Of a stretch of DNA of 64,000 bases, positions 38,332 through 48,337 are shown in pieces. The DNA lies in NCBI GenBank assembly GCA_013203665.1, contig JABMPU010000077.1, positions 22,471 through 86,470 on the forward strand. The letters are read 5' to 3'. A model generated the notes under the pieces. The model saw nothing but the letters and a program-made list of their open reading frames with translations. It was not told the DNA's origin and searched no databases. Within the stretch, counting starts at the first letter, position 1. Every line of letters starts with the position of its first letter. This DNA is from Armatimonadota bacterium. GTDB lineage: Bacteria > Cloacimonadota > Cloacimonadia > Cloacimonadales > TCS61. The position numbers and the translations under genes were made by a program.

Positions 38332-40545
38332 ATGAAACCGATTTATCTGGATTATAATGCCACCACACCCATCGACCCGGAAGTTGCAGATGCTATGCTT
38401 CCTTTTTTAAAAGAGCATTTTGGAAATCCTTCCAGTTCGCACTGGTATGGAATTCAAACCAAAAAAGCCATTCAAAAAGCCCGTAAACAGGTTGCTTCGA
38501 TCCTGAGCTGTAATGCTGAAGAGATTATCTTTACCAGCGGCGGCACAGAATCAAACAACTTTGCCATTAAAGGTTTTGCTTTTGCAAATCGCGTAAAAGG
38601 GAATCATATAATTACTTCCACGATAGAGCATCCGGCTGTGATTGAAGTCTGTAAATTTTTAGAGAAAAATGATTTTGAAATCTCTTATATTCCTGTTGAT
38701 AAATACGGAATTTTGAATTTATCGGAACTGGAAAAAGCAATTACATCTCAGACGATACTCATCACGATTATGCACGCCAATAACGAAGTGGGCACAATCC
38801 AGCCGATAAAAAAGATTTCTGAGATTGCCGGAAAAAATGAGATAATATTCCATACGGATGCAGCCCAATCTGTGGGAAAAATACCAACCGCTGTCAATGA
38901 ACTTGGAGTCGACCTTCTCTCCATTGCAGGACATAAACTTTATGCTCCCAAAGGAATTGGGGCACTTTATATTCGTCAGGGCATCCAGCTTGAGAAATTT
39001 ATGCACGGTGCGGATCATGAACAAGACCAGCGAGCAGGAACGGAAAATGTGCTGGAAATTGTTGGTTTGGGAAAAGCCTGTGAAATTGCTGGACGCAATC
39101 TTGAAAAAAACATGACTCATATGAAAAAAATGCGAGACAGACTTTATAATGGATTAATCCAAAACCTGGAAGATATAAAACTTAATGGTCATCCGACAAA
39201 GCGGCTCCCCAACACACTCAGTTTGAGTTTTCTCAACCTGGAAGCTGATGGAATTTTATCTGAATTAGAAGAAATTGCTGCATCTGCAGGAGCTGCCTGT
39301 CATTCGGATTCAATCGAGCTTTCACCTGTTTTAGTTGCTATGAATGTACCGGAAAAATACGCAATGGGTACCATCAGGTTTTCCACCGGCAGGAAAACAA
39401 CCCAAGATAAAATTGATAAAACGATTAATGCTGTTACAAAAGTGATTAAACGAATGAGAACTTTTTCAGAAAAAACTCATTTGCAGGAATCTAAAAAGGT
39501 TAAACTCACGCACTTTACTGCCGGACTGGGTTGTGCCTGCAAGCTCAGACCTCAAGCTCTGGAAAAAATTCTCTCTTCTTTGAACCCAATTCTTGACCCA
39601 AATGTAATTGTAGGTACAAATACAGCGGATGATGCTGCTGTTTATAAACTCGATGAAAATACCGCTATCGTGCAAACCGTTGATTTTTTCACACCAATCG
39701 TAGATGATCCGTATCAATTTGGAGCCATTGCTGCTGCAAATGCTTTCAGTGATGTTTATGCAATGGGAGCGAAACCTCTTTTTGCTTTGAATATTGTGGG
39801 TTTCCCTTCCAATAGATTGCCAATGGAGGTCTTGAAACAGATTCTCCTGGGAGCAGAGGATAAAGCAAAAGAAGCTGAAGTAAGCATTATTGGCGGTCAT
39901 ACGATCGATGATAATGAACCAAAGTACGGACTGGTTGTTCTGGGAGTTGTTCATCCGGATAAAATTCTTAAAAATTCCGATGCAAAATCCGGAGATGCAT
40001 TAATCTTAACAAAACCTATAGGATTGGGAATAATTTCTACTGCTATGAAAAGAGGTCTTGCTGAAGAAAAAACCATTAAAAAAGCTATTCAAATAATGAG
40101 CACTTTAAACAAGAAAGCAGCAGAAATCATGAAAGAATTTCCAGTTAATTCCTGTACGGATGTTACCGGATTCGGTTTGTTGGGACATTTAAAAGAGATG
40201 ACAGAATCCAGCAAAGTGGATGCAGAAATTTATCTGAAGGAAATTCCTACAATAAACGAAGCGTGGGAATTAATCGTGGAAAATGTAGTTCCCGGTGGAA
40301 CTTTGAATAATCTGGAATATGTAAAAGAAATCGTAGAATGGGACAATAATATTTCTCGGGCAGCTAAAATTATGCTTTGCGATGCTCAAACTTCCGGTGG
40401 TTTGCTTATAGCAATTCCTGCAAAATATGCTGATGATTTACTTTTAAAGCTCCATCAAAACAATATCAAGGATTCATCCATCATAGGAAAATTTATAAAA
40501 AAAGGAAAAGGAAGGATATTTGTAAAAAAATCTTGTCAGGAATGA
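38332..40545 (+). CDS. selD: fusion protein: NifS-like cysteine desulfurase/selenocysteine lyase + selenophosphate synthetase SelD (Cys type)
   Basis: 737 aa. The N-terminal class-V aminotransferase half has the PLP lysine context SIAGHKLYAPKGIGALY and C-terminal-loop GAACHS. The SelD half starts near LTHFTAGLGCACKL (Cys/Lys active-site loop) and has an AIR-synthase-like fold segment. Confidence 0.88.
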   Translation: MKPIYLDYNATTPIDPEVADAMLPFLKEHFGNPSSSHWYGIQTKKAIQKARKQVASILSCNAEEIIFTSGGTESNNFAIKGFAFANRVKGNHIITSTIEHPAVIEVCKFLEKNDFEISYIPVDKYGILNLSELEKAITSQTILITIMHANNEVGTIQPIKKISEIAGKNEIIFHTDAAQSVGKIPTAVNELGVDLLSIAGHKLYAPKGIGALYIRQGIQLEKFMHGADHEQDQRAGTENVLEIVGLGKACEIAGRNLEKNMTHMKKMRDRLYNGLIQNLEDIKLNGHPTKRLPNTLSLSFLNLEADGILSELEEIAASAGAACHSDSIELSPVLVAMNVPEKYAMGTIRFSTGRKTTQDKIDKTINAVTKVIKRMRTFSEKTHLQESKKVKLTHFTAGLGCACKLRPQALEKILSSLNPILDPNVIVGTNTADDAAVYKLDENTAIVQTVDFFTPIVDDPYQFGAIAAANAFSDVYAMGAKPLFALNIVGFPSNRLPMEVLKQILLGAEDKAKEAEVSIIGGHTIDDNEPKYGLVVLGVVHPDKILKNSDAKSGDALILTKPIGLGIISTAMKRGLAEEKTIKKAIQIMSTLNKKAAEIMKEFPVNSCTDVTGFGLLGHLKEMTESSKVDAEIYLKEIPTINEAWELIVENVVPGGTLNNLEYVKEIVEWDNNISRAAKIMLCDAQTSGGLLIAIPAKYADDLLLKLHQNNIKDSSIIGKFIKKGKGRIFVKKSCQE

Positions 40546-40599
40546 AAGGTTCATAAAAATAGAATAAGATGTAATATAAAAAATCTTAAAGGAGCAATC

Positions 40600-41397
40600 T
40601 TGAAAAAAATCTTAGCCATTTGTTGTATATTAGTATTGATGATGGTTTTTGTTATTACAAATGTAAACGTTTCTCTGTGTTATGGTGCAGAAAGCGAACA
40701 AGTAAAATTACAGATCATCACAGAAAATTTCGCACCCTTCAATTTCAGATCAAAAGAGGGAAAGATCACAGGTCAGTCCACAGAAATTGTGCAGGAGATT
40801 TTGTCTCGACTTAATCTGAAAATCGATATTCATCTTATGCCATGGAATGATGGCTATGAGCTTGCTCTATCTGAACCTGATGTGGTACTTTATTCAACCT
40901 TTCGAACTGCTGAACGTGAGAAGCTTTTTCAATGGGTTGGCCCGATTGGATCAGATGAGTTTCTGTTCTATGCTCTTGAAGGTTCAGACCTAATCATCCG
41001 CAGTCTTGAAGATGCAAAGACAGTTACTGCGATTGGAGTAGTGCAGGATGATGCCCGTCATCAATTATTGAAGCAGAACAATGTAACGAATTTGAAACTC
41101 TATGCAAACGATGCAGAATGTTATAAAGCTTTGGTAGGCGGAGATGTCGAGCTCGTGGCAGGAACCAGTATAACTATGGCTCAGATGGCTCGCCAGGCAG
41201 GTGTTGATCCTTCGGATTTAAAGCCAGTCTATTCTTTTAAAAAATCACCGTTGTATATTGCCTTCAATAAAAATACCTCAACAGACATTGTGAAACAGTG
41301 GCAGGATGCTCTGGACGAAATGAAGCGTGACGGCACATTCGATGAGATCAATGAACGCTGGGGTGGAGCACCTGCACAAGGTTATCCACGAGACTAA
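40600..41397 (+). CDS. periplasmic solute-binding protein, family 3 (PBPb-like)
   Basis: TTG start after AAAGGAG; signal peptide; 265 aa; FAPFNFRSKEGKITG is typical of SBP_bac_3. Confidence 0.7.
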   Translation: MKKILAICCILVLMMVFVITNVNVSLCYGAESEQVKLQIITENFAPFNFRSKEGKITGQSTEIVQEILSRLNLKIDIHLMPWNDGYELALSEPDVVLYSTFRTAEREKLFQWVGPIGSDEFLFYALEGSDLIIRSLEDAKTVTAIGVVQDDARHQLLKQNNVTNLKLYANDAECYKALVGGDVELVAGTSITMAQMARQAGVDPSDLKPVYSFKKSPLYIAFNKNTSTDIVKQWQDALDEMKRDGTFDEINERWGGAPAQGYPRD

Positions 41398-41574
41398 AAA
41401 TAGGAAGATGAAAAAAAAGGAAACCTCTAACATGTTTTTCTTTTAAAAAACAATTTAAGGTTGATCTTTCTCATTTAACTCATCCTGCTGCCTGCACCGC
41501 CGAAGCTGGCGAAGGCGTGTCCTTCTCTTAAAAAAAAGAGAAGGAACATAAGAAAAAATGAAAGAAGTTATCCC

Positions 41575-41590
41575 TCCGGTAACTGCCGGA
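41575..41590. repeat. REP-like palindrome (reverse orientation variant)
   Basis: tccggtaactgccgga, embedded in ccctccgg...ccggagaggg, between the two SBP paralogues. Confidence 0.5.
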
Positions 41591-41656
41591 GAGGGACAGA
41601 GGGTTAGTTAGAAAATATTGAAAAATTGGTAGTGTAAGAAACTTAAAGGAGCTGTC

Positions 41657-43132
41657 TTGAAAAAAATCCTAACCATTTGTTGTATATTCGTATTGATGAT
41701 GGTTTTTAATACCACAAATGTAGCTGTTTCTCTGTGTTATGGTAGCGAAAGCGAACAAGTAAAATTACAGATCATCACAGAAGATTTCGCACCCTTCAAT
41801 TTCAGATCAAAAGAGGGCAAGATCACGGGTCAGTCCACAGAAGTTGTGCAGGAAATTTTGTCCCGCTTAAACCTGAAAAACGATATTCAGCTTATGCCCT
41901 GGAATGAAGGATATGAGCTCGCTCTATCTAAAAATGATATTGTTCTTTATTCAACCTTTCGAACTACTGAACGTGAAGAACTTTTTCAATGGGTTGGTCC
42001 AATCGGATCAGATGAGTATGTTTTTTATACCCTAAAAAATTCTGGTTTGTCCCTCAGTAGTCTTGAAGAGGCAAAGACAGTTAATGCAATTGGAGTAGTA
42101 CAGGATGATGCCCGTCATCAATTTTTGCAGCAGAACAATGTAACAAATTTGAAACTCTATCAAAACGATGCAGAATGTTATAAAGCTTTGGAAAGCGGAA
42201 ATGTCGAGCTCGTTGTGGGAACCAGTATAACTATGGCTCAGATGGCTCGCCAGGCAGGTGTTGATCCTTCCGAATTAAAGCCAATCTATACTCTGAGGAA
42301 AACACCTTTGTATATTGCCTTCAATAAAAATACTTCAGCAGACATTGTGAAACAATGGCAGGCTACTCTGAACGAATTAAAGCGTGACGGAACATTCGAT
42401 GAGATCAATGAGCGCTGGGGTGAAGCACATACTCCAGGTTATTCGAAATTGGATGCTACTGCCAGTATAAACAAGGTTGCTGCTACAAAACTCCTTGCCG
42501 GCTTCATTGATGTTCGTCTTGGGGAGTTTTTGCTGGTGTTGCAAGCATTGTCCTTTACTGATGAGGCTCGTTCGGGAAAGTGGAAAAAACTTAAATCCCT
42601 TCTCGTTGAACTGGAAGAAGCAGAACATTCTGGTCGGATTTGGTATCTATTGCCTGATGGCTCATATTATACTACTGTTGATGATCTTACAAGCAAGAAT
42701 CTGAAAGATCGTTCCTATTTTCCCGGTTTGATTACTGGGAATTCGGTACTTGGAACCGTTGTAGTGAGTAAATCGACAGGCAAAACAGTGGCTATCGCTG
42801 CTGCTCCAATCATAAAGAAGGATACAGTAAAAGGTGCACTTGGAACTTCGATTTATATGCAAAATATCAATGATGAAGTACAAGATGCTTTTCCCTTGCA
42901 GCCAGATCAGATGTTTTTTGCCATCACTGATGACGGCACGATCGCATTACATTCCGATGATGTGTGGATAGGCCAGAAAGTAGCCATTATGTGCAGCAAT
43001 CTAAAATCATCCTTGAACCGGAATTCAGGTGAATGTAATTTTAACTATGATGGAAAAGATTGGCATGCAGTGTGGGCTACAGCTCCAAGAACAGGATGGC
43101 TTATAGCGATTGCTAATATTGAAAATAAGTAG
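41657..43132 (+). CDS. solute-binding protein family 3 domain fused to a C-terminal Cache/PDC-like sensor domain
   Basis: TTG start. The first ~260 aa are a close paralogue of 40600..41397. The C-terminal ~220 aa contain a Cache-like core YFPGLITGNSVLGTVVVSKSTGKTVAIAAAPI...GALGTSIYM. No TM or transmitter domain. Confidence 0.65.
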   Translation: MKKILTICCIFVLMMVFNTTNVAVSLCYGSESEQVKLQIITEDFAPFNFRSKEGKITGQSTEVVQEILSRLNLKNDIQLMPWNEGYELALSKNDIVLYSTFRTTEREELFQWVGPIGSDEYVFYTLKNSGLSLSSLEEAKTVNAIGVVQDDARHQFLQQNNVTNLKLYQNDAECYKALESGNVELVVGTSITMAQMARQAGVDPSELKPIYTLRKTPLYIAFNKNTSADIVKQWQATLNELKRDGTFDEINERWGEAHTPGYSKLDATASINKVAATKLLAGFIDVRLGEFLLVLQALSFTDEARSGKWKKLKSLLVELEEAEHSGRIWYLLPDGSYYTTVDDLTSKNLKDRSYFPGLITGNSVLGTVVVSKSTGKTVAIAAAPIIKKDTVKGALGTSIYMQNINDEVQDAFPLQPDQMFFAITDDGTIALHSDDVWIGQKVAIMCSNLKSSLNRNSGECNFNYDGKDWHAVWATAPRTGWLIAIANIENK

Positions 43133-43204
43133 TAATAAATTTATTGATAATAAATTCAAACTAAATAGGTGGTTGATGAGTTAAAAAAACAATGGAGGAA
43201 AAAA

Positions 43205-44509
43205 ATGAAATCAAAGTTAATTTTCATTTCAACTATGATTATGTTGCTTATGCTTACCGGATGCGGTGACAACATCACAAAAATCTATGGAAACGGTGAA
43301 ACAGACGGTAGAGTAATTGGCACCATTCATGGCATCGTGACAGATGCAAACACAAATGAAAGACTTGTAAATGTCGATGTTACCTGGCTTGATGAGGATG
43401 AAATAAAAACTACAACAACTAACGCTCTTGGATATTATTTCATCACAGACCTCTCTCCGGGTGATTATGAACTTACATTCTCCGGAAACGAGGATTTTGC
43501 TGTAGGAAGAATAAATGTAACAATTCCCACTCTCGATGAAATCGGAGTTACGAATGTTCCAACTGATGAAGATTTCTATCACACCGAAATCCAGGATATG
43601 GAAATGTATCAATTGAATGCAGGTTTGACAGGAACGATTTACACCATAATTGATGATGAGAATATTGCTTTAGCTTCTGGAGTTATTGTGATTGCTGATT
43701 TTGAAAACTGGAATATTTCACCGGAAGAATATTCTTCAACAACCGGAATTAACGGTATTTTTACTTTTGAAAATCTTCCCTCTACGCCAGAGGTAGTTTT
43801 GAGAACATTGCCTTTTACTGATGGCACTTATAGTTTCGAGGTTGTTGAACTTGACCTGGTTTTATTCCCGGAGACCATTGTAACTGCTCCCAATATTTTC
43901 CTGAACATTATCGATGATCCTCCCTTCATAATAGAAAACAACTTTGATAATGACAATTTTGGAATTTCTGATGCTATTGAAATCACATTTAACAAAGCAA
44001 TCGATGCAAACAATTTTGAAGTTGAACTCTATTCTGATATCGCTGATCCGGTAGAATTTGAAAGCATAACCTGGATTACTGATGCAAATGTGATAATCAC
44101 TCCTGATGAAGACCTTCTTTTGGCAACGGTTTATTTTATGAATCTATCCGGTTGTTCAGTGGATGGTAATTTCTTTGATTTTCCCGGTTTGCAATTTGAA
44201 ACTCAACCCGGAATCGATATTGAAAGTACAAACCTGGAAGTTTATGATAATTACTATGAAATCGCTCCCATGGGAACAATTATCATCAATTTCACCGAAG
44301 AAGTGGATATTTATAATGACCTGAACGTTCTCACTATTACTGGATATCCTGATCCAGCATATGTTTGGTCGAATAATAATAAAACTTTAAGTATTGCACA
44401 TCCCACTGGTGGATATGCAGACGACTTCATTTTGGAAATTACTTATTATTCTACTCTTGCAAGTTATGATTTTGTAGCTAAAACTTTTTTGGTGAACTTA
44501 ATAAACTAA
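43205..44509 (+). CDS. lipoprotein with carboxypeptidase-regulatory-like and Ig-like beta-sandwich domains
   Basis: Start ATG 43205; lipobox LMLTGC; GIVTDANTNERLVNVDV...GYYFITDLSPGDYELTF is CarboxypepD_reg-like. Confidence 0.6.
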   Translation: MKSKLIFISTMIMLLMLTGCGDNITKIYGNGETDGRVIGTIHGIVTDANTNERLVNVDVTWLDEDEIKTTTTNALGYYFITDLSPGDYELTFSGNEDFAVGRINVTIPTLDEIGVTNVPTDEDFYHTEIQDMEMYQLNAGLTGTIYTIIDDENIALASGVIVIADFENWNISPEEYSSTTGINGIFTFENLPSTPEVVLRTLPFTDGTYSFEVVELDLVLFPETIVTAPNIFLNIIDDPPFIIENNFDNDNFGISDAIEITFNKAIDANNFEVELYSDIADPVEFESITWITDANVIITPDEDLLLATVYFMNLSGCSVDGNFFDFPGLQFETQPGIDIESTNLEVYDNYYEIAPMGTIIINFTEEVDIYNDLNVLTITGYPDPAYVWSNNNKTLSIAHPTGGYADDFILEITYYSTLASYDFVAKTFLVNLIN

Positions 44510-44514
44510 ATATT

Positions 44515-44542
44515 AGGTGGGTTCAAACCCACCTTTTTTTTG
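44515..44542 (+). terminator. rho-independent terminator
   Basis: aggtgggtt/aacccacct stem followed by T8. Confidence 0.7.
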
Positions 44543-44596
44543 TCATTTAAAAAAAAAGTAATAAATTTTGGATATTACTAAAATGCTGGAGATAAT

Positions 44597-45478
44597 ATGA
44601 ATAAAATTGGAATTTTTATTTCAATATTTCTTTTGCTTAGCTCATTTATCCAGGCAGAAGAATGGATAAAAGAAGGAAATATTTCACTTTCCTTGAATCA
44701 AAATGCTTACAGCGATAATTGGGCTGGAGATGAGAATGGTTCAATTTCCTGGGTATTCAATGCTGACTTCTTAGCTGAAAAACAGCTTAATCCAAAACTG
44801 CACAATAAAAATACACTCAAAATTGCTTATGGACAAACCCATAGCCAATCTATTGATTCTAACAATGAAAAAGTATGGGAAGAACCTGAAAAAACCACAG
44901 ATTTATTCGACCTGGAATCGGTTCTAAGATTCACCCTGAATACTGTTGTTGACCCCTATATTAGTGGAAGAATCGAAAGCAACTTTATGGATGAAGGTGA
45001 TGAAGCTCTTGGAGTAAATGCTAAATTGTACAATCCCATAATTATTACTGAAGGTTTTGGAGCCGCAAAAATCTTGCTCAAAAAAGAGAAACAAGAACTT
45101 TCCACCAGGCTTGGTGGTGCTTTTAAACAATATGTCAATACACGAGAAGAAATTGATAATACAAATGACGGTGGTATCGAATTTATTGCAGATTATAAAA
45201 CTTCATTAGCAAATGAAAAGATAGGTTTTAAAAGTAAACTGAATATCTATAAAGCTCTCTATTATTCTAAATCTGATCTTGACGTAGATGATAATTGGAA
45301 AGCCTCAAGAATGAATTGGGAAAATATTTTCACAGCATCAATTACTAATCTGATAAATGTGAATCTTTACTTAGAATTTATCTACAATAAAACAGATTAT
45401 GATACCCAAGGTGAATGTATCGATGAAATCCAGTTCAAACAAAACTTATCACTCGGTTTAACCTATAAATTTTTATGA
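44597..45478 (+). CDS. putative outer-membrane beta-barrel protein (DUF3078-like)
   Basis: Signal peptide; alternating beta pattern; SDNWAGDENGS motif; C-terminal LGLTYKFL. The family name is from memory. Confidence 0.45.
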   Translation: MNKIGIFISIFLLLSSFIQAEEWIKEGNISLSLNQNAYSDNWAGDENGSISWVFNADFLAEKQLNPKLHNKNTLKIAYGQTHSQSIDSNNEKVWEEPEKTTDLFDLESVLRFTLNTVVDPYISGRIESNFMDEGDEALGVNAKLYNPIIITEGFGAAKILLKKEKQELSTRLGGAFKQYVNTREEIDNTNDGGIEFIADYKTSLANEKIGFKSKLNIYKALYYSKSDLDVDDNWKASRMNWENIFTASITNLINVNLYLEFIYNKTDYDTQGECIDEIQFKQNLSLGLTYKFL

Positions 45479-45571
45479 TTTTAACAAGCGAGATTATATT
45501 CTCGCTTCTGTTAATTCATAATCTCTTGCTAATTCTCTGAACTTGAGTCTTGGTTTCATCTAAATAAGCTA

Positions 45572-45587
45572 TCCCGTAACTGCCGGA
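45572..45587. repeat. REP-like palindrome (reverse orientation variant)
   Basis: tcccgtaactgccgga, flanked by gaacttgagtc and ttaacttaagtc motifs shared with the 31.9-kb block. Confidence 0.5.
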
Positions 45588-45668
45588 TGAAGGGGAGATT
45601 AACTTAAGTCCCTAACATTCGCAAATATCCCGAGGACTTTCGGTAGAGCAAGGGTAAATAAGGTAAAT

Positions 45669-46040
45669 ATGAGTTTATTAGGAAACATTTTATGGATTAT
45701 CTTAGGAGGAGGAATTTTTCTTTTCCTAGAATATCTGATTGCCGGATTCGTCTTATGCTGCACGATTATCGGAATTCCTTTTGGAGTGCAATGTATAAAA
45801 ATTTCTCTTCTAGCTCTTGCTCCCTTTGGAAGGGAAATCAAAGAAAAAGAATCTGCTTCAGGTTTTCTGGCTATTATCATGAATATCATCTGGATTCTTA
45901 TTGGAGGATTCTGGATAGCAATAACACACATTGTTTTCGGAATTCTTTGTGCAATCACCATTATTGGACTTCCTTTTGCCAAACAGCACTTGAAACTGGC
46001 AACTTTGAGTTTGGTTCCTTTTGGACGAAAAATGGTGTGA
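45669..46040 (+). CDS. yccF: YccF-family inner membrane protein
   Basis: 123 aa; duplicated GNILWIILGG...IIGIPFG / NIIWILIGGFW...IIGLPFA repeats typical of YccF/DUF307. Confidence 0.75.
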   Translation: MSLLGNILWIILGGGIFLFLEYLIAGFVLCCTIIGIPFGVQCIKISLLALAPFGREIKEKESASGFLAIIMNIIWILIGGFWIAITHIVFGILCAITIIGLPFAKQHLKLATLSLVPFGRKMV

Positions 46041-46049
46041 ATTTACAAG

Positions 46050-46080
46050 TGGTGGATTAATGATGATCCTCCATTTTTTT
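46050..46080 (+). terminator. rho-independent terminator
   Basis: tggtggat/atcctcca stem (one mismatch), 8-nt loop, T7 run. Confidence 0.6.
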
Positions 46081-46123
46081 ATTGTAAATCATAAAGTTTC
46101 AATTTTATGTGTTTAAGATTTAA

Positions 46124-48334
46124 ATGATGAAAGAAAGCAATCAAATAAAAATCGCCATTTTAATAATTTTTCTTCTAATCTTCTTCTCATTTCTTTTTGC
46201 TGAAGAACAGAATCTGGAAAGACCGAAAATCGGACTTGTTCTCAGTGGCGGAGGAGCAAAAGGAATAGCTCATATTGGTGTTCTAAAGGTTCTCGAAGAA
46301 GCTGGAATTGAAGTAGATTTCATCACCGGTACAAGCATGGGAAGCATTATCGGCGGACTTTATGCAATCGGTTACTCTGCTGCAGAATTAGAAAAAATCA
46401 TATTAGAACAGGATTGGAATGAGCTGATTTATGATAGAATTTCCAGGAGAAATATTTCTTTAACAGAAAAAGATGAAAGAGAAAAATATGCTGCTTCATT
46501 TCCTATCAGTGAAGGAAAAATCGGCTTGCCAAAAGGGCTTGTTGCAGGACAGAAAATATCAGCATTAATCTCAAAACTTACAATTTCTGTTCATCATATC
46601 GAAGATTTTAACAACCTTCCAATCCCTTTTCTTTGCATTGCCACAGATATCGAAAATGGTAAAGTCGTTATCTTGGATGAAGGTTATCTTCCTGATGCTA
46701 TTCGAGCAAGTATGTCCATTCCATCTGCTTTTGCTCCCATCGAAATTGAAGGTCAACTGCTGGTAGATGGCGGATTAATAAGAAACTTTCCGGTCTCAGA
46801 TATAAAAAAAATGGGAGCTGATATCGTTATTGGAGTAGATGTGAGTGCTCCTCTTTATACAAAAAAGGAACTGAAATCTTTAGTAAAAATTATGGAACAA
46901 TCCATGAGTTTCCAGGGTTCCATTGCCACTCAGGAAGAAAGAAAACTCTGTGATATTCTAATTTCTCCGGATATAGATGAATATAATATCATGGATTTTG
47001 AAAATGCAGATTCACTGATTATCAGAGGAGAAAGAGCAGCCAGAAAATTTCTTCCTCAATTATCTGCCCTCGCTGATTCTCTGAAACATTTTCCTCAAAA
47101 AACAAAAATGATTCCAATAACATCAATAGATTCCTTATTTGTTACAAAAATATACATTCAGGGACTCAGGAAAGTATCGAAAAACCTGGTAAGAGGAAAA
47201 CTGCAATTAAAAAAAAATAGTTGGATTACTCCCGACGAACTGGAAAAAGCTATTGAACGAGTTTATGGAAGCAATTTCTTTAGAAGAGTTACCTACAAGC
47301 TTGAACCTGTTAGCAATGGCATTAAATTATTCGTTCGCGTTGTAGAGAAGACAACTGATTATTTTAATGTGAATATTCATTATGATAGTGATATGAAATC
47401 AGCTCTGTTATTAAATACAACATTTAGAAATCTTTTTGTTCAAGGTTCAAAATTATCTGTAAATCTGGAATTAAGCGACAATCTTCGATTTAATTCATCC
47501 TATTTTATTTATACAGGATGGAAACCGGGAATTGGTTTTGGCTTGAAATTGTGGCGAGAAGATTTTGAAGTTCCGATTTTTCAAGAAACTGGAATTCAGC
47601 AGGCAATTTTCGAATACACCACCAGTGGAATTGGTTGGGAACTACAAACAATTTTCTCAAATTCTTCAGCATTCGGAGGAATCCTAGAATTTGAACATAC
47701 TATGCTCGACCCAGTTATTGTGCCGGAAACTTGGCCTCGTGAAAGGAGTGAATTAAATTATTTTAATATTAGAGGATTTATAAATATCGATAGATTAGAC
47801 AGAAGTATCTACCCTCGAAAAGGCATTGAACTTTATGCAGAAGCAAAATACATCCAGGAGATTGAAAAAGAAGAAAAAAGACATGAACCAGTTGAATTCT
47901 GTGTTTTCTTGCTTACAAAAATCGAACAATTAACTAAAAAAATATCATTGATCGGAAGTATCTACGGAGGTTCAGTTAACGGGGATGAAATTCCAGGAGA
48001 CGCATTATTTTACCTTGGAGGTTTCAATTACCATCAAAAAGGTCTTCTGCCATTTGTGGGTTACAAGTTTATGGCGCTTTCTGCTCCCAATGCTATTGCC
48101 TTATCGACTGGTCTTCAATTCGAAGCCTGGAAAGGGAAATTCATTATAATTAAAGGTAATTACGCTAAACTTGGTGTTAATATCAGCGACCTTTTTAAGA
48201 AAGATTACGAATATCATGGATATGCAATAACCTTTGGTATTAAAACTCCTATTGGACCAATGGAATTTTCTTTAATGAAAGGAAGTGAATCAAAAGATTT
48301 TATAAGTTATGTGAATATAGGATATCCATTTTAG
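46124..48334 (+). CDS. patatin-like phospholipase fused to POTRA and Omp85-type beta-barrel (PlpD/type Vd-like)
   Basis: Signal peptide; GLVLSGGGAKG oxyanion motif; GTSMG nucleophile elbow; DGG catalytic Asp; C-terminal barrel ending VNIGYPF. Confidence 0.82.
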   Translation: MMKESNQIKIAILIIFLLIFFSFLFAEEQNLERPKIGLVLSGGGAKGIAHIGVLKVLEEAGIEVDFITGTSMGSIIGGLYAIGYSAAELEKIILEQDWNELIYDRISRRNISLTEKDEREKYAASFPISEGKIGLPKGLVAGQKISALISKLTISVHHIEDFNNLPIPFLCIATDIENGKVVILDEGYLPDAIRASMSIPSAFAPIEIEGQLLVDGGLIRNFPVSDIKKMGADIVIGVDVSAPLYTKKELKSLVKIMEQSMSFQGSIATQEERKLCDILISPDIDEYNIMDFENADSLIIRGERAARKFLPQLSALADSLKHFPQKTKMIPITSIDSLFVTKIYIQGLRKVSKNLVRGKLQLKKNSWITPDELEKAIERVYGSNFFRRVTYKLEPVSNGIKLFVRVVEKTTDYFNVNIHYDSDMKSALLLNTTFRNLFVQGSKLSVNLELSDNLRFNSSYFIYTGWKPGIGFGLKLWREDFEVPIFQETGIQQAIFEYTTSGIGWELQTIFSNSSAFGGILEFEHTMLDPVIVPETWPRERSELNYFNIRGFINIDRLDRSIYPRKGIELYAEAKYIQEIEKEEKRHEPVEFCVFLLTKIEQLTKKISLIGSIYGGSVNGDEIPGDALFYLGGFNYHQKGLLPFVGYKFMALSAPNAIALSTGLQFEAWKGKFIIIKGNYAKLGVNISDLFKKDYEYHGYAITFGIKTPIGPMEFSLMKGSESKDFISYVNIGYPF

Positions 48335-48337
48335 AAA

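Noticed and set aside
44515-44535. ggttcaaaccc looked like a tRNA T-arm.
   Set aside because: It is the loop and inner stem of a simple hairpin followed by T8 (a terminator); no cloverleaf can be drawn around it.
45599-46060. ORFs 45599..45982 (-) and 45692..46060 (+) overlapping the yccF frame.
   Set aside because: The 45669..46040 frame gives the characteristic duplicated YccF/DUF307 membrane repeat. The alternatives have no recognisable features.
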